DNA of 64,000 nt from an uncultured delta proteobacterium (GTDB taxonomy: Bacteria > Myxococcota_A > Polyangia > Fen-1088), in NCBI GenBank assembly GCA_963796685.1, contig CAWCMR010000008.1:32001-96000 (forward strand). The letters run 5' to 3'. The notes under the pieces are model-generated. The model was given only the letters and a program-made list of their open reading frames with translations. It was not told where the DNA came from and did no database searches. A program made the translations under genes and the position numbers. Position 1 is the first letter of the stretch; each line of letters starts with the position of its first letter. Positions 30,778 through 40,112 of the stretch are shown piece after piece.

Positions 30778-32142
30778 ATGTTCCACCTCGCCGTCATCCT
30801 TCTCGCCCTCGGCACTCCACCGGAGAATGCAGAGCCGGAGCGCGTGACGACGGTGGCTGTGGTCGAACGCCTGCCTCTGGCCGCTCCCATCGCGCGTGTC
30901 GCGCTTTCGGTCGATTCGCTGGCCATGCGCATCGACCTGACCACCACCGCCGATCCGCGCGCCATCTACCAGCGCTTCGTGGCCAGCGATCCGCAGCTTT
31001 GCCCCTTCATCTCGCGCGCCGGCGACACCGTCGTGCTCGAGTGCCGAACCCCACGCATCGAGGCCAGGCTGGAAGCGAACGGCGGCAAGCCCGTGCTCGA
31101 GATTCGCGAAGTTCGCGGGTTGCCCCTCTCGGAAGATGGAGACCAGATCTGGTTCTTCTACCATCCCATCGCGCTCCGTTTCGGCAGCGGTTGTCCGGGC
31201 GACACTGCCCCCGCGCGCGGCGAGTGTCACTTCAAGGCTGGCCGCTTCACCGAGGCAGCCATCGAATTCCGCAAGGCCCTACCTGGGGAGTTTCGCCGTT
31301 TGGCCGCGCTCCGTCTCGGCGACATCGCGCTGCGCACCGGCGATCCCTCCACCGCGGCCGGCTGGTACCGCATGGCGGGCCGACACGGCAACTACGGCCG
31401 CATGGCCGTGGCGCGGCTGTGCGAGCTTGGCGGCGCCTGTCTCGGTGAAATGCGCAAGCGCGTGTTCGACGCCTCCTTGCTGCCCGAGCCCTTGCACGGC
31501 GAAATGCTTCTGCGTGCGGCCCGCGCCCATGCCTACATCGGCGCGGTCAAGGACTCCATGGTCAACCTGCTCGCCGCCATCCGGACCAATCCCCACATTT
31601 GCGACGAGGAAACCCGCGTCCTGTGCCGACGTCTGGTCCTGTTTGCCCTGAAATTCCCCGACACCGAGGGCGGCCTCGAGGCTCTCGAAAGCTATCTCAA
31701 TCTGCCACTGCGCACGGAAGGATTCCTCGCCATCGAGTTGGTTCGCGCGGCGGCCGAGAAGGCCCTCGATCTCGGCGCGCCGCTCTTTGCCGGCAACCTG
31801 CTCGCGGCCAGCGTGCCCTGGGTGGAGGGTGCGGACGTGGAAGCCATCAGCGATCACCTGCTGCGTTCGGCGGAGATGTACCTCATCGCCAAGGATCCGG
31901 CGCGTGCCCGCACGCTCTATGAATACGCGGACGGGCGCATCGGGCGAAAGCATCTCCTAGGACCGCGCTGGTCAGCCGTCATCGCCGCCGTCCAAGGCGT
32001 CGACACGGATGCCAAGTCCGGCGCCGACGAAGCCGCACTGACCGAGGCGGCTGGCGATATCGCCGCAGCCTATACCACGATCTCGCGCTCGCTTCGTTTG
32101 CGACAGTCGCAATCCCAAACCAACGGTTCGGAGTCACCATGA
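30778..32142 (+). CDS. Exported TPR-like hypothetical protein heading the flagellar operon
   Basis: Hydrophobic N-terminus [12 protein letters not shown]; TPR-like helices ([42 protein letters not shown]); ATGA overlap with the next gene. Confidence 0.7.
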   Translation: MFHLAVILLALGTPPENAEPERVTTVAVVERLPLAAPIARVALSVDSLAMRIDLTTTADPRAIYQRFVASDPQLCPFISRAGDTVVLECRTPRIEARLEANGGKPVLEIREVRGLPLSEDGDQIWFFYHPIALRFGSGCPGDTAPARGECHFKAGRFTEAAIEFRKALPGEFRRLAALRLGDIALRTGDPSTAAGWYRMAGRHGNYGRMAVARLCELGGACLGEMRKRVFDASLLPEPLHGEMLLRAARAHAYIGAVKDSMVNLLAAIRTNPHICDEETRVLCRRLVLFALKFPDTEGGLEALESYLNLPLRTEGFLAIELVRAAAEKALDLGAPLFAGNLLAASVPWVEGADVEAISDHLLRSAEMYLIAKDPARARTLYEYADGRIGRKHLLGPRWSAVIAAVQGVDTDAKSGADEAALTEAAGDIAAAYTTISRSLRLRQSQSQTNGSESP

Positions 32143-33326
32143 CAAGCGCCGTCTCGTTCCCCATTCCCCACCGTCCCGACATCCTGCCGCCCATCGGTCG
32201 CACGCAGATCATGCAGGACGTGCTGTCCGCCGTCGAAGATGTCGCGCGGGCCAGCACCACGGTCCTGCTTCTGGGCGAAAGCGGAACCGGCAAAGAGGTC
32301 TTTGCCCGCTACATCCATGGTACCTCTCCGCGCAGCAGCGGGCCCTGGGTCGCGGTCAATTGCGCCGCTTTGCCGGGCGAGCTTTTGGAAAGCGAGCTCT
32401 TCGGTCACGAGAAGGGCTCCTTCACCGGCGCCGCGGATCGCCGCATCGGCCGCATCGAGCAGGCCGACCACGGCACGCTTCTCCTCGACGAGATTTCGGA
32501 GATGCCCATTGCCCTGCAGGTCAAGTTGCTGCGCGTGTTGCAGGAGCGCGAGGTGGACCGCGTGGGCGGGGCGCGCCCGGTGCCCGTCGACGTGCGCATC
32601 GTGGCCACCTCGAACCGCGACCTGGCCGCCATGGTGGCCCGGGGCGAGTTCCGCGCCGATCTCTATTATAGGCTTTCGGTTTTCCCCATTTTCCTGCCGC
32701 CCCTGCGCGAGCGCCGCGAAGACATCCCGGCCCTCGCCGCGCAACTGACCGAGGAAATCGCCGTGCGGCTGGGGCGGCCCGCCCCCATGCTATCCGACGA
32801 GGCGCTGGCCAAGCTCGTGGCCTACGAGTTCCCGGGCAACGTGCGCGAGCTCGCCAACGTGCTGGAGCGCGTGCTGGTCCGCTGCCACGAAACCGCTGTC
32901 CCCGCCGAACACGTCGCGGTGGCGCTGGCCACGGTTGGCATCTCCTCCATCCGTCCCTTGCCGAAAGATGTCCCGGGCCGGCAACCCGCGCGCCCGGTCT
33001 TCTCGTCCGAGGCCGGCCACCACGACGAGGGTGACACGAACAACCCGCTCGGAGCGACGACCTTCATGCTGGACGGGTTTCCTCTGGCCCTGGCCGAGCT
33101 CGAACGCATGGCGATCCTCGAAGCCCTTCGCCGCATGCACGGCAACCGCACCCACGCTGCCCGCCTGCTTGGAATCAGCCTGCGCACCCTGCGCAATAAG
33201 CTGCGGGTGCTGCGTCACACGGGCGCGCTTGCTCCCGATGGGCAACTTCTACCCGTGACCGCGCGGGTTGGCGCCTCCGGCGCCGCACACGTGGCACGCC
33301 AATCGCATGAAGAGTCTGCAGCATGA
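32139..33326 (+). CDS. sigma54-dependent activator (FleR/FlrC-like position) lacking a receiver domain
   Basis: [60 protein letters not shown]; directly before flgB. Confidence 0.9.
   Translation: MTSAVSFPIPHRPDILPPIGRTQIMQDVLSAVEDVARASTTVLLLGESGTGKEVFARYIHGTSPRSSGPWVAVNCAALPGELLESELFGHEKGSFTGAADRRIGRIEQADHGTLLLDEISEMPIALQVKLLRVLQEREVDRVGGARPVPVDVRIVATSNRDLAAMVARGEFRADLYYRLSVFPIFLPPLRERREDIPALAAQLTEEIAVRLGRPAPMLSDEALAKLVAYEFPGNVRELANVLERVLVRCHETAVPAEHVAVALATVGISSIRPLPKDVPGRQPARPVFSSEAGHHDEGDTNNPLGATTFMLDGFPLALAELERMAILEALRRMHGNRTHAARLLGISLRTLRNKLRVLRHTGALAPDGQLLPVTARVGASGAAHVARQSHEESAA
33292..33307 (+). promoter_or_regulatory. sigma54 promoter for flgB, inside the 3' end of the activator gene
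   Basis: TGGCAC-GCCAA-TCGCA (GG-N10-GC). Confidence 0.7.
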
Positions 33327-33745
33327 AGGTCTTCGACAATACTCTGGCGCGCCTCGAACGGGCTCTCGATGTCCGACTGGTACGTCAGAACGTGCTGTCG
33401 GCCGACGTGGCCAACGTCGACACACCCGGGTTCAAGCCCAAGGACGTGGACTTCACCGCGACCATGGCGGCCATCGAGGGCGCGGCCCACGACGGAAGCG
33501 GTGTCTCGCTGCCCACGCCGCCCACGCTGGGCGCCGCGGCGACGGACACGAACGGTCTGGCCGCGCGCGACTTGCCCATCGTCGATGTACCCGCGGGCGG
33601 CGCTTCGTTCGACGGCAACACGGTGGACTTGGACCGAACCATGGTGGCCATGGCGGAGAACGCCCTTCAGTACGGCGCCAGCGCCAAGGCCGCGGGAAAG
33701 AAGCTGGCCATCTTGCGCTACGTGGTTTCCGACGGAAACGGATGA
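33323..33745 (+). CDS. flgB: Flagellar basal-body rod protein FlgB
   Basis: [24 protein letters not shown]; DGNTVDLD. Confidence 0.93.
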   Translation: MKVFDNTLARLERALDVRLVRQNVLSADVANVDTPGFKPKDVDFTATMAAIEGAAHDGSGVSLPTPPTLGAAATDTNGLAARDLPIVDVPAGGASFDGNTVDLDRTMVAMAENALQYGASAKAAGKKLAILRYVVSDGNG

Positions 33746-33761
33746 CGGGAGAGAAATCATC

Positions 33762-34190
33762 ATGGACTTTCTGACTGCCTTGCATGTGAGCGGCTCCGGA
33801 CTTTCGGCCGAGCGAACGCGCGTCAACCTCGCGTCGTCCAATTTGGCCAACGCCGAGACCACGCGCGGCCCGGGCGGCAAACCCTACCAGCGCCTGGATC
33901 CGGTCTTCCAAGCCATCCACATCGGCGCGGACGACGAAGCGGCCACCGTGGGCCAGTCGCCGCTCGGCGTGCAGGTGTCGCAAATCGTCGCCGATCCCAC
34001 GCCGGGCAAGCAGGTCTACAGCCCCGGTCATCCGGATGCCGACGCCAACGGCTTCGTGACCTTCCCCAACGTCAATCCCATCAGCGAAATCGTGAACCTG
34101 CTCTCGGCCTCGCGCGCCTTCGAGGCCAACGCCACCGCAGTGGAAACCCTCAAGGCCATGGCCGCCCGGGGCCTGGACATCACGAAGTAA
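33762..34190 (+). CDS. flgC: Flagellar basal-body rod protein FlgC
   Basis: SGLSAERTRVN..SNLANAETT; PGHPDADANGFVTFPNVN; RAFEAN. Confidence 0.94.
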   Translation: MDFLTALHVSGSGLSAERTRVNLASSNLANAETTRGPGGKPYQRLDPVFQAIHIGADDEAATVGQSPLGVQVSQIVADPTPGKQVYSPGHPDADANGFVTFPNVNPISEIVNLLSASRAFEANATAVETLKAMAARGLDITK

Positions 34191-34196
34191 TTCGCC

Positions 34197-34526
34197 ATGA
34201 ACCTGCGCATCGAAGGTGGTCAGAATCTCTCGGAAGCCGGCGCCGCGGATCGCCTCGGTCAAATCGACCGCATGGATCGCGCCATCGTCGCGCCGGGCGC
34301 GGACAAGACGTCACAATTCGGCAGCGAGCTCGGCAAGGCCATCGGCGAGATCGACAAGCTGCAAAACGCGGCCGACACGCAGGCCGACGCTGTCGCGCGT
34401 GGCGCGGGCAACATCCATGAGATGGCCCTGGCCCTGGAAAAGGCCGACGTGGCCATGCGCCTGGCCATGCGCGTGCGCAACAAGCTCGTCGACACCTACA
34501 ACGAGATCATGCGGATGGGGATCTAG
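34197..34526 (+). CDS. fliE: Hook-basal body protein FliE
   Basis: VRNKLVDTYNEIMRM C-terminal signature; position between flgC and fliF. Confidence 0.93.
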   Translation: MNLRIEGGQNLSEAGAADRLGQIDRMDRAIVAPGADKTSQFGSELGKAIGEIDKLQNAADTQADAVARGAGNIHEMALALEKADVAMRLAMRVRNKLVDTYNEIMRMGI

Positions 34527-34529
34527 TCC

Positions 34530-36113
34530 ATGGAACCAGTCCTCAAGACACTCAAGGAAGCCAGCAAGCGCTACGCCGAGCTCAACGCGGCGACGCGCAT
34601 GCTGCTCGCGGGCGTGCTGTCCCTGGCCACGGTGATCGCGGTGGTCGCCATCGTCTTCAGCACCGGTTCGACCTACCAGTACGCCTTCACCAACCTCGGC
34701 CCCGAAGACAGCACCGACGCGGCCGCAGCCCTCAAAGCGGCGGGAATTTCCTTCCGCACCGAGGCCGGCGGCAGTGCGCTGTCGGTACCGGCGTCGCAGG
34801 TCCACGAAGCGCGCCTCATGCTCGCGGCCCAGGGGCTTCCCAGGGGCGGCGGGGTCGGATTCGAATTGTTCGACCGTGGCGACTTCGGCGCCTCGGAGTT
34901 CACCCAGCGGGTGAATTTGCGCCGGGCCACCGAGGGCGAGCTGGCGCGTACCATCTCGCATCTCCAGTCGGTGCGCTCGGCCCGCGTGCACGTGACCTTG
35001 ACCGAAAAGGGTCTCTACCGTGACGACGATCGGCACGCCTCGGCGGCCGTGGTGCTCAATCTGCAACCCGGAAGAACCATGCAGGAGCGCGAGCTGGCGG
35101 GCGTGCGCCACCTGGTGGCGTCTGCGGTGGCGGGCCTCAACCCGGACAGCGTGACCGTGGTCGATCAGCGGGGCGCGGTGCTGTCCGGCGATCTCTCGCC
35201 CTCGGCCAAACAAAACAAGGAAGAGCACGATATCGAGTCCGGTCTCGAGCAGCGAATCACCGACCTGCTCGAACCCGCAGTCGGGCGCGGCGCCATCGTG
35301 GCCAAGGTCACGGCCACGCTCGACACCACCGAGATCGAGACCACCCAGGACAACTACGACCCCGACTCGGCTACCGTGCGCAGCGAGCACAAGACCACTG
35401 AAACCGTCAACAGCGACGGCACCACGGGCTCCGGAGTTGCCGGCGCGGCGGCCAACCAACCCATCGCGGCCGTGCCCGGCGGCGGCTCGGGTGCTTCGCG
35501 GACGCAAACCGCGCGCGACGACGAGGTTCGCAACTACGAGATCGCCAAGAAAGTGACCCACACCATCACGCGCACGCCGCGGGTGGTTCGCCTGTCGGCC
35601 GCGGTCTTGGTCGACGGCGTCGGCGGCAAACCGCGGCCCGACGCAGAGGTGCGCCGCTTGTCGGATCTGGCCAAGCACGCCATCGGCTTCGACGAAAAAC
35701 GCGGCGACGTGTTCGAGATTTCGAGCGCCCCCTTCACCAAGCTCGACGAGAGCACGGTGACCATCCCCATCTGGGATCGCGCCGACATCTGGCGCCTTGG
35801 CCGCATCATCCTGTGGGGCATCCTGGCCACCTTCGGCATGCTCATCGTCTTTCGCATCTACCGCCGCGCCACCTCCGCGCTCGCCTTCATCAAGCCCGGA
35901 GCCCGCGTGGGCGACGTCCAGATGTTGCTCGGCCGCGGCGACGGCGCCGCCCTGCCCGCCATGGGCCGCGCCGATGCTCTGGTCCTGCGCGAACAAGCGC
36001 GCGAGCTCTCCAAGACCGATCCGCAGCGTGCGGCCAATCTGCTTCGCGCCTGGGTCGACTCCGACGGGAACCCGCGGTCCGGGGCCGTTAACGAAGGTGC
36101 AGCAAGGAGATGA
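34530..36113 (+). CDS. fliF: MS-ring protein FliF
   Basis: N-terminal TM, GFELFD, RATEGELARTI, ARVHV, SAAVVL, NYEI, RLSAAVLVDG, second TM. Confidence 0.95.
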   Translation: MEPVLKTLKEASKRYAELNAATRMLLAGVLSLATVIAVVAIVFSTGSTYQYAFTNLGPEDSTDAAAALKAAGISFRTEAGGSALSVPASQVHEARLMLAAQGLPRGGGVGFELFDRGDFGASEFTQRVNLRRATEGELARTISHLQSVRSARVHVTLTEKGLYRDDDRHASAAVVLNLQPGRTMQERELAGVRHLVASAVAGLNPDSVTVVDQRGAVLSGDLSPSAKQNKEEHDIESGLEQRITDLLEPAVGRGAIVAKVTATLDTTEIETTQDNYDPDSATVRSEHKTTETVNSDGTTGSGVAGAAANQPIAAVPGGGSGASRTQTARDDEVRNYEIAKKVTHTITRTPRVVRLSAAVLVDGVGGKPRPDAEVRRLSDLAKHAIGFDEKRGDVFEISSAPFTKLDESTVTIPIWDRADIWRLGRIILWGILATFGMLIVFRIYRRATSALAFIKPGARVGDVQMLLGRGDGAALPAMGRADALVLREQARELSKTDPQRAANLLRAWVDSDGNPRSGAVNEGAARR

Positions 36114-36116
36114 CCC

Positions 36117-37139
36117 ATGCCCGATAACGCCCTCGCTGAATTGACCGCCGGTGTCGGAGCCCAACGGGCCGCGGCGGTGCTGCTGGGGCTCGGTCCCGAG
36201 GTGGCGTCGCAGATCTTCAAGACTCTCGACGAGCGTGTGGTCGAGCGCATCGCCGCCGGCGCCCGCGACCTGCGCCGCGATCCTTCCATCGTTCCGGCCG
36301 CCTTGGACGCCTTCGTCAACGCCATGTCCGGCCTGGCTGCGGATGCCTACGGCGCCGACGGCCTTCTGCGTGAAGCCACGGTGAGAGCCATGGGGCAGGA
36401 CGTGGCCAAGCGCATTTTCGACGTTCAACCCGAATCCGAGGAACCCGTGAGCGAAAACTTCACTGCCCTGGCCGAAGCCGATCCGGAATCCCTTGCCATG
36501 CTGCTCTCGCGGGAATTGCCGCAGACCGCGGCCGTGGTGCTCGGCATTCTGGAACGCCCGCGCGCCCTGGCCGTCCTCAAGCACATCCCCGTCGAGATGC
36601 GCCCCCAAATCGTGCGCCGCCTGGCCACCCTGGAATCGGTAGCGCCCGAGGTGCTACGCGAGGTCGGGCAAGGTCTTGCCGAAGAGCTGACAGCCTCGGT
36701 ACCGGCCAACACCCGTCGCGTCGACGGCCGCTCTGCCGCGGTCGAGCTATTGCGTGCCGTCCCCGCCGCCCAGCAGTCCGAGGTGGTCGGGGAAATCGAG
36801 AAGGACGATCCCGAGCTGGCCGCCAACCTGCGCGGCAAGCTCTTCACCTTCGGCGACCTCATGAACCTCACGGATCGCGACATGCAGACCCTCATCCGCG
36901 AGATCGACATGAGCCAGCTGTCCACGGCGCTCAAGGGCGCACCCGATGCCATCAAGGGCCGCTTCACCAAGAACATGTCGTCGCGCGCGGGCCAGATGCT
37001 CGAAGACGAGATCGAGGCCATGGGCCCGGTCAAGCTGGCGGCCGTCGAGGGCGCGCAAGCCGAATTGGTCAAGGTGGCCTTCAGCCTCGCCGAGCAAGGC
37101 CGCATCACCATCGTCAACCCGACGGACAAGATGGTGTAA
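36117..37139 (+). CDS. fliG: Flagellar motor switch protein FliG
   Basis: AAAVLLGLG, ELPQTAAVVL, LFTFGDL, ALKGA, NMSSRAGQML. Confidence 0.94.
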   Translation: MPDNALAELTAGVGAQRAAAVLLGLGPEVASQIFKTLDERVVERIAAGARDLRRDPSIVPAALDAFVNAMSGLAADAYGADGLLREATVRAMGQDVAKRIFDVQPESEEPVSENFTALAEADPESLAMLLSRELPQTAAVVLGILERPRALAVLKHIPVEMRPQIVRRLATLESVAPEVLREVGQGLAEELTASVPANTRRVDGRSAAVELLRAVPAAQQSEVVGEIEKDDPELAANLRGKLFTFGDLMNLTDRDMQTLIREIDMSQLSTALKGAPDAIKGRFTKNMSSRAGQMLEDEIEAMGPVKLAAVEGAQAELVKVAFSLAEQGRITIVNPTDKMV

Positions 37140-37142
37140 GTC

Positions 37143-37784
37143 ATGCCAGCCCAACCAGCACTGAGGCGTCCCACTTTCCTTGGCCGTGTCGGCGACCGGA
37201 CGCGGGTGGAAAACGCGGCGTTCAAACCGGGCGGCGATGGGCGCTTTCGCCCGCAGGTCATCGCCAGCTCGGTGCCCGATTCCGACGAGATGGACGGACG
37301 CGCCGCGGTTGCCGCGGTCGCCGAGGCTCAAAAGCTCGCCGCGCAGTTCACCGAACGCACCTCGGCCGCCGTGGAGGTTCTGCGCGCGACCACGGAACGC
37401 TTGGCCGCCGAGGCACGCACGGACGCGCTCGAGATCGGATTTCTGGTCGCCCGGCGCATCCTTGAAATGGAGCTTACCGCCAGCGCCGAGCCGCTGGTCA
37501 ACCTCGTGCGCTCGGCCGTGCGTCGCCTGGGCGAGTCCCGCCGAATCGTCATCCACCTTTCGCCGGGCGATGCGCAGGCCATGAACGCCATCATCGAAAG
37601 CCGCGGCGCCCAGGCCGTGGCCCAGGCCGCCATCTCGCGCGTGGAAATTGTCGCCGATCCGTCGCTGGGACGCGGCGACTGCCTGGTCGAGGGCGACCTG
37701 GTCACGGTCGATGGGCGTATCAACGCCCGCATCGAAGAGCTGCGCCGCGTGCTCGAAGCCGGCGCGGGGGAGAACGCCGAATGA
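37143..37784 (+). CDS. fliH: Flagellar assembly protein FliH
   Basis: IVIHLSPGD...DPSLGRGDCLVE..VDGRI; position between fliG and fliI. Confidence 0.85.
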   Translation: MPAQPALRRPTFLGRVGDRTRVENAAFKPGGDGRFRPQVIASSVPDSDEMDGRAAVAAVAEAQKLAAQFTERTSAAVEVLRATTERLAAEARTDALEIGFLVARRILEMELTASAEPLVNLVRSAVRRLGESRRIVIHLSPGDAQAMNAIIESRGAQAVAQAAISRVEIVADPSLGRGDCLVEGDLVTVDGRINARIEELRRVLEAGAGENAE

Positions 37785-39151
37785 GCCTGGTCAATCTTGC
37801 CGCCGTCAAACGCTCGCTGGCCGATGCGCAATCTTGCGTGCTGGCAGGCAAGGTCACGCGCGCCTCGGGCATCGTCGTCGAGGCCGTCCTACCCCAGGTC
37901 GCGGTGGGAACATCGTGTGAAATCCGCATCGCCGGCGGACACACCATCACCGCCGAGGTGGTCGGGTTTTCCGGTTCGAATGCCATCCTCATGCCGTTCG
38001 GGGACGTCAAGGGAATCGGCGAGGGTTGCCCCGTGATCCCCCGAGCCAGCGCGGGTGAAATCATGGTGGGCAACCGCCTTCTCGGGCGCGTGGTGAACGC
38101 CGCCATGGAGCCGCTCGACGATCGCGGCGGTCTCATCCTCGATGCACGCGTGCCCATCCACACCGCCGCGCCACGGGCTATGAGTCGACGCCGCATCAGT
38201 CGACCTCTCGTGCTCGGCATCCGGTCGATCGATTCCTGTCTCACGTGTGGCGAGGGCCAGCGACTCGGCATCATGGCCGGCCCCGGCATCGGCAAGAGCG
38301 TGTTGCTGGGCATGCTCGCCCGCAGCGCGGACGCCGACGTCATCGTCGTCGGGCTGGTCGGCGAGCGCGGTCGCGAGGTACGCGAGTTCGTCGAACGCGA
38401 TCTGGGCAAGGGGCTGTCGCGCTCCGTGGTCGTGGTGGCGACCGGCGATGAATCGCCGCTCGTACGCGTGCGCGCGGGCATGGCCGCAACGGCGGTGGCC
38501 GAGTTCTTTCGTGACCAGGGCAAGCGCGTGCTCCTGCTGGTCGATTCGCTCTCGCGCATGGCCATGGCCCAGCGAGAAATCGGGCTGGCCGCGGGCGAGC
38601 CCCCCACCTCGCGCGGGTATCCACCGTCGGTGTTCGCCATGTTGCCCCGCCTGGTCGAGCGCGCCGGCAACGCCGAGGGACAGGGCAGCATCACCGCCAT
38701 GTACACCGTCCTGGCCGAGGGCGACGATTTGACCGATCCCGTGGTCGATGCCTCGCGCGCCGCCCTGGACGGTCACATCGTCTTGAGCCGCAGCCTGGCC
38801 ATGGCCGGCCACTTCCCGGCCGTCGACGTCCTCGGCAGCGTCAGCCGCGTGATGACGGACGTCGTGACCGCCGACCACCGCATGTTGGCTCGCCGCGTGC
38901 GCGAGGTGCTGTCCGCTTACAAAGACGCCGCGGATCTGGTCGAGGTCGGCGCGTACGTGAGTGGAACCAACCCGCGCGTCGACGCCGCTCTTCGCTGCAT
39001 CAGCGAGCTGAATGCCTTCTTGTGCCAGGAACCGAACGAGCGCTTCGCGCTTGCCGAGACCTTGACCCGGTTACGCAAAGCCCTCGATGGAAAGCCAGCC
39101 GATGGCAAGCCGCTTGCAATGGGTCCCAAGCAGGAGGAACGTCGTGCCTAG
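37781..39151 (+). CDS. fliI: Flagellar export ATPase FliI
   Basis: GQRLGIMAGPGIGKS, GERGREVREF, DSLSRMAMAQREIGLAAGEPP, LDGHIVLSR. Confidence 0.95.
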   Translation: MSLVNLAAVKRSLADAQSCVLAGKVTRASGIVVEAVLPQVAVGTSCEIRIAGGHTITAEVVGFSGSNAILMPFGDVKGIGEGCPVIPRASAGEIMVGNRLLGRVVNAAMEPLDDRGGLILDARVPIHTAAPRAMSRRRISRPLVLGIRSIDSCLTCGEGQRLGIMAGPGIGKSVLLGMLARSADADVIVVGLVGERGREVREFVERDLGKGLSRSVVVVATGDESPLVRVRAGMAATAVAEFFRDQGKRVLLLVDSLSRMAMAQREIGLAAGEPPTSRGYPPSVFAMLPRLVERAGNAEGQGSITAMYTVLAEGDDLTDPVVDASRAALDGHIVLSRSLAMAGHFPAVDVLGSVSRVMTDVVTADHRMLARRVREVLSAYKDAADLVEVGAYVSGTNPRVDAALRCISELNAFLCQEPNERFALAETLTRLRKALDGKPADGKPLAMGPKQEERRA

Positions 39152-40112
39152 TCTCGCCATCCCGCTTTGGCTGTTTTTCGCTGCGGCCGCGCAGCCCGAT
39201 CCGTTGTCGCCACCTCCCCACGGCCGCGATGCCGGTGTTCCCGCCCAACCGATCAAGCCAGCCATGCCCGTGATCAAGGCGATACCGTCGGTCGCGAAGC
39301 CCATCGATCCCACATCGCCCACATCGCCCACATCGCCCAAGCCGCCGAAGTCCCCCAGCGCGACCGTGGAGGACAGAAGCACCACCCCTTCCTCTCGAGC
39401 TGGCAAGACCGTCAAATTGCCGCCGCGACTCGATACCGCCGACCCTGCCAACGAGGAACCGGAGGAGGAAATGGTTGCCTCGCCATCGAGCAGAAGCAAA
39501 TCGCGGCGAAGAGGGCCCCGCAAGGTCGCCACCGTCGAGCGCGCCGAGGCGCCGGAACGCAAGAGCCCCTGGTCGGCGGATCGCTACGCGGCGGTCGTCC
39601 CACCGGGTCTGACCCTGGCGGCCTTGCGCAACCAACTTTCCAAGAACGCCACGACCACCGTGGATCCGGGCTCACAGGCCGGCGACCGCGCCAGGCCGTC
39701 GGATTCGCTGTCCGACATCGAAAAAGCTCGAGAGAGCCTGCGACAGGAAACCATCCGGCTCGAGGCACTCATCAAAACGGCGAGCAACTGTGGTGGTGGC
39801 GGTAGCGGCATGGCCATGGGCGAGCCGATGCTACCAACCGCATCCATTCCAGCCGAGACCCTGCGCGAGGCTGCGAGCGAGCAGATCGATTCCGTCTCGA
39901 AGGCGATCAAGGGCATGAAGCCCGAACAGGCAGCGCCGGTGATCGGGCGCTTGGATCGCGGGTTGGCGGCGGAGATTCTGCGCCGGATGAAGTCCAGCGA
40001 CGCGGGCGCAATCCTCGGCCTGCTCAAGCCCGATCTGGCGGCCGAGCTGGCGACGGTCATTGCCACGCGCAAGCCGATGTACGGGAAAGACAAGAAGGCG
40101 AGCGCCAAGTGA
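39144..40112 (+). CDS. MotE/MgtE_N-like flagellar accessory protein with signal peptide and Pro-rich region
   Basis: RBS GGAGG + GTG 39144; coiled coil; MKPEQAAPVIGRLD..LAAEILRRMKSSDAGAILGLLKP repeat typical of MgtE_N-like domains. Confidence 0.75.
   Translation: MPSLAIPLWLFFAAAAQPDPLSPPPHGRDAGVPAQPIKPAMPVIKAIPSVAKPIDPTSPTSPTSPKPPKSPSATVEDRSTTPSSRAGKTVKLPPRLDTADPANEEPEEEMVASPSSRSKSRRRGPRKVATVERAEAPERKSPWSADRYAAVVPPGLTLAALRNQLSKNATTTVDPGSQAGDRARPSDSLSDIEKARESLRQETIRLEALIKTASNCGGGGSGMAMGEPMLPTASIPAETLREAASEQIDSVSKAIKGMKPEQAAPVIGRLDRGLAAEILRRMKSSDAGAILGLLKPDLAAELATVIATRKPMYGKDKKASAK
39309..39335 (+). repeat. 9-nt tandem repeat (cccacatcg x3) encoding PTS-PTS-PTS
   Basis: Read directly from the sequence. 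Confidence 0.8.

Noticed and set aside
37143-39151. Non-flagellar type III secretion system
   Set aside because: The context includes flagellin, hook, rings and stators, so the ATPase is flagellar FliI.
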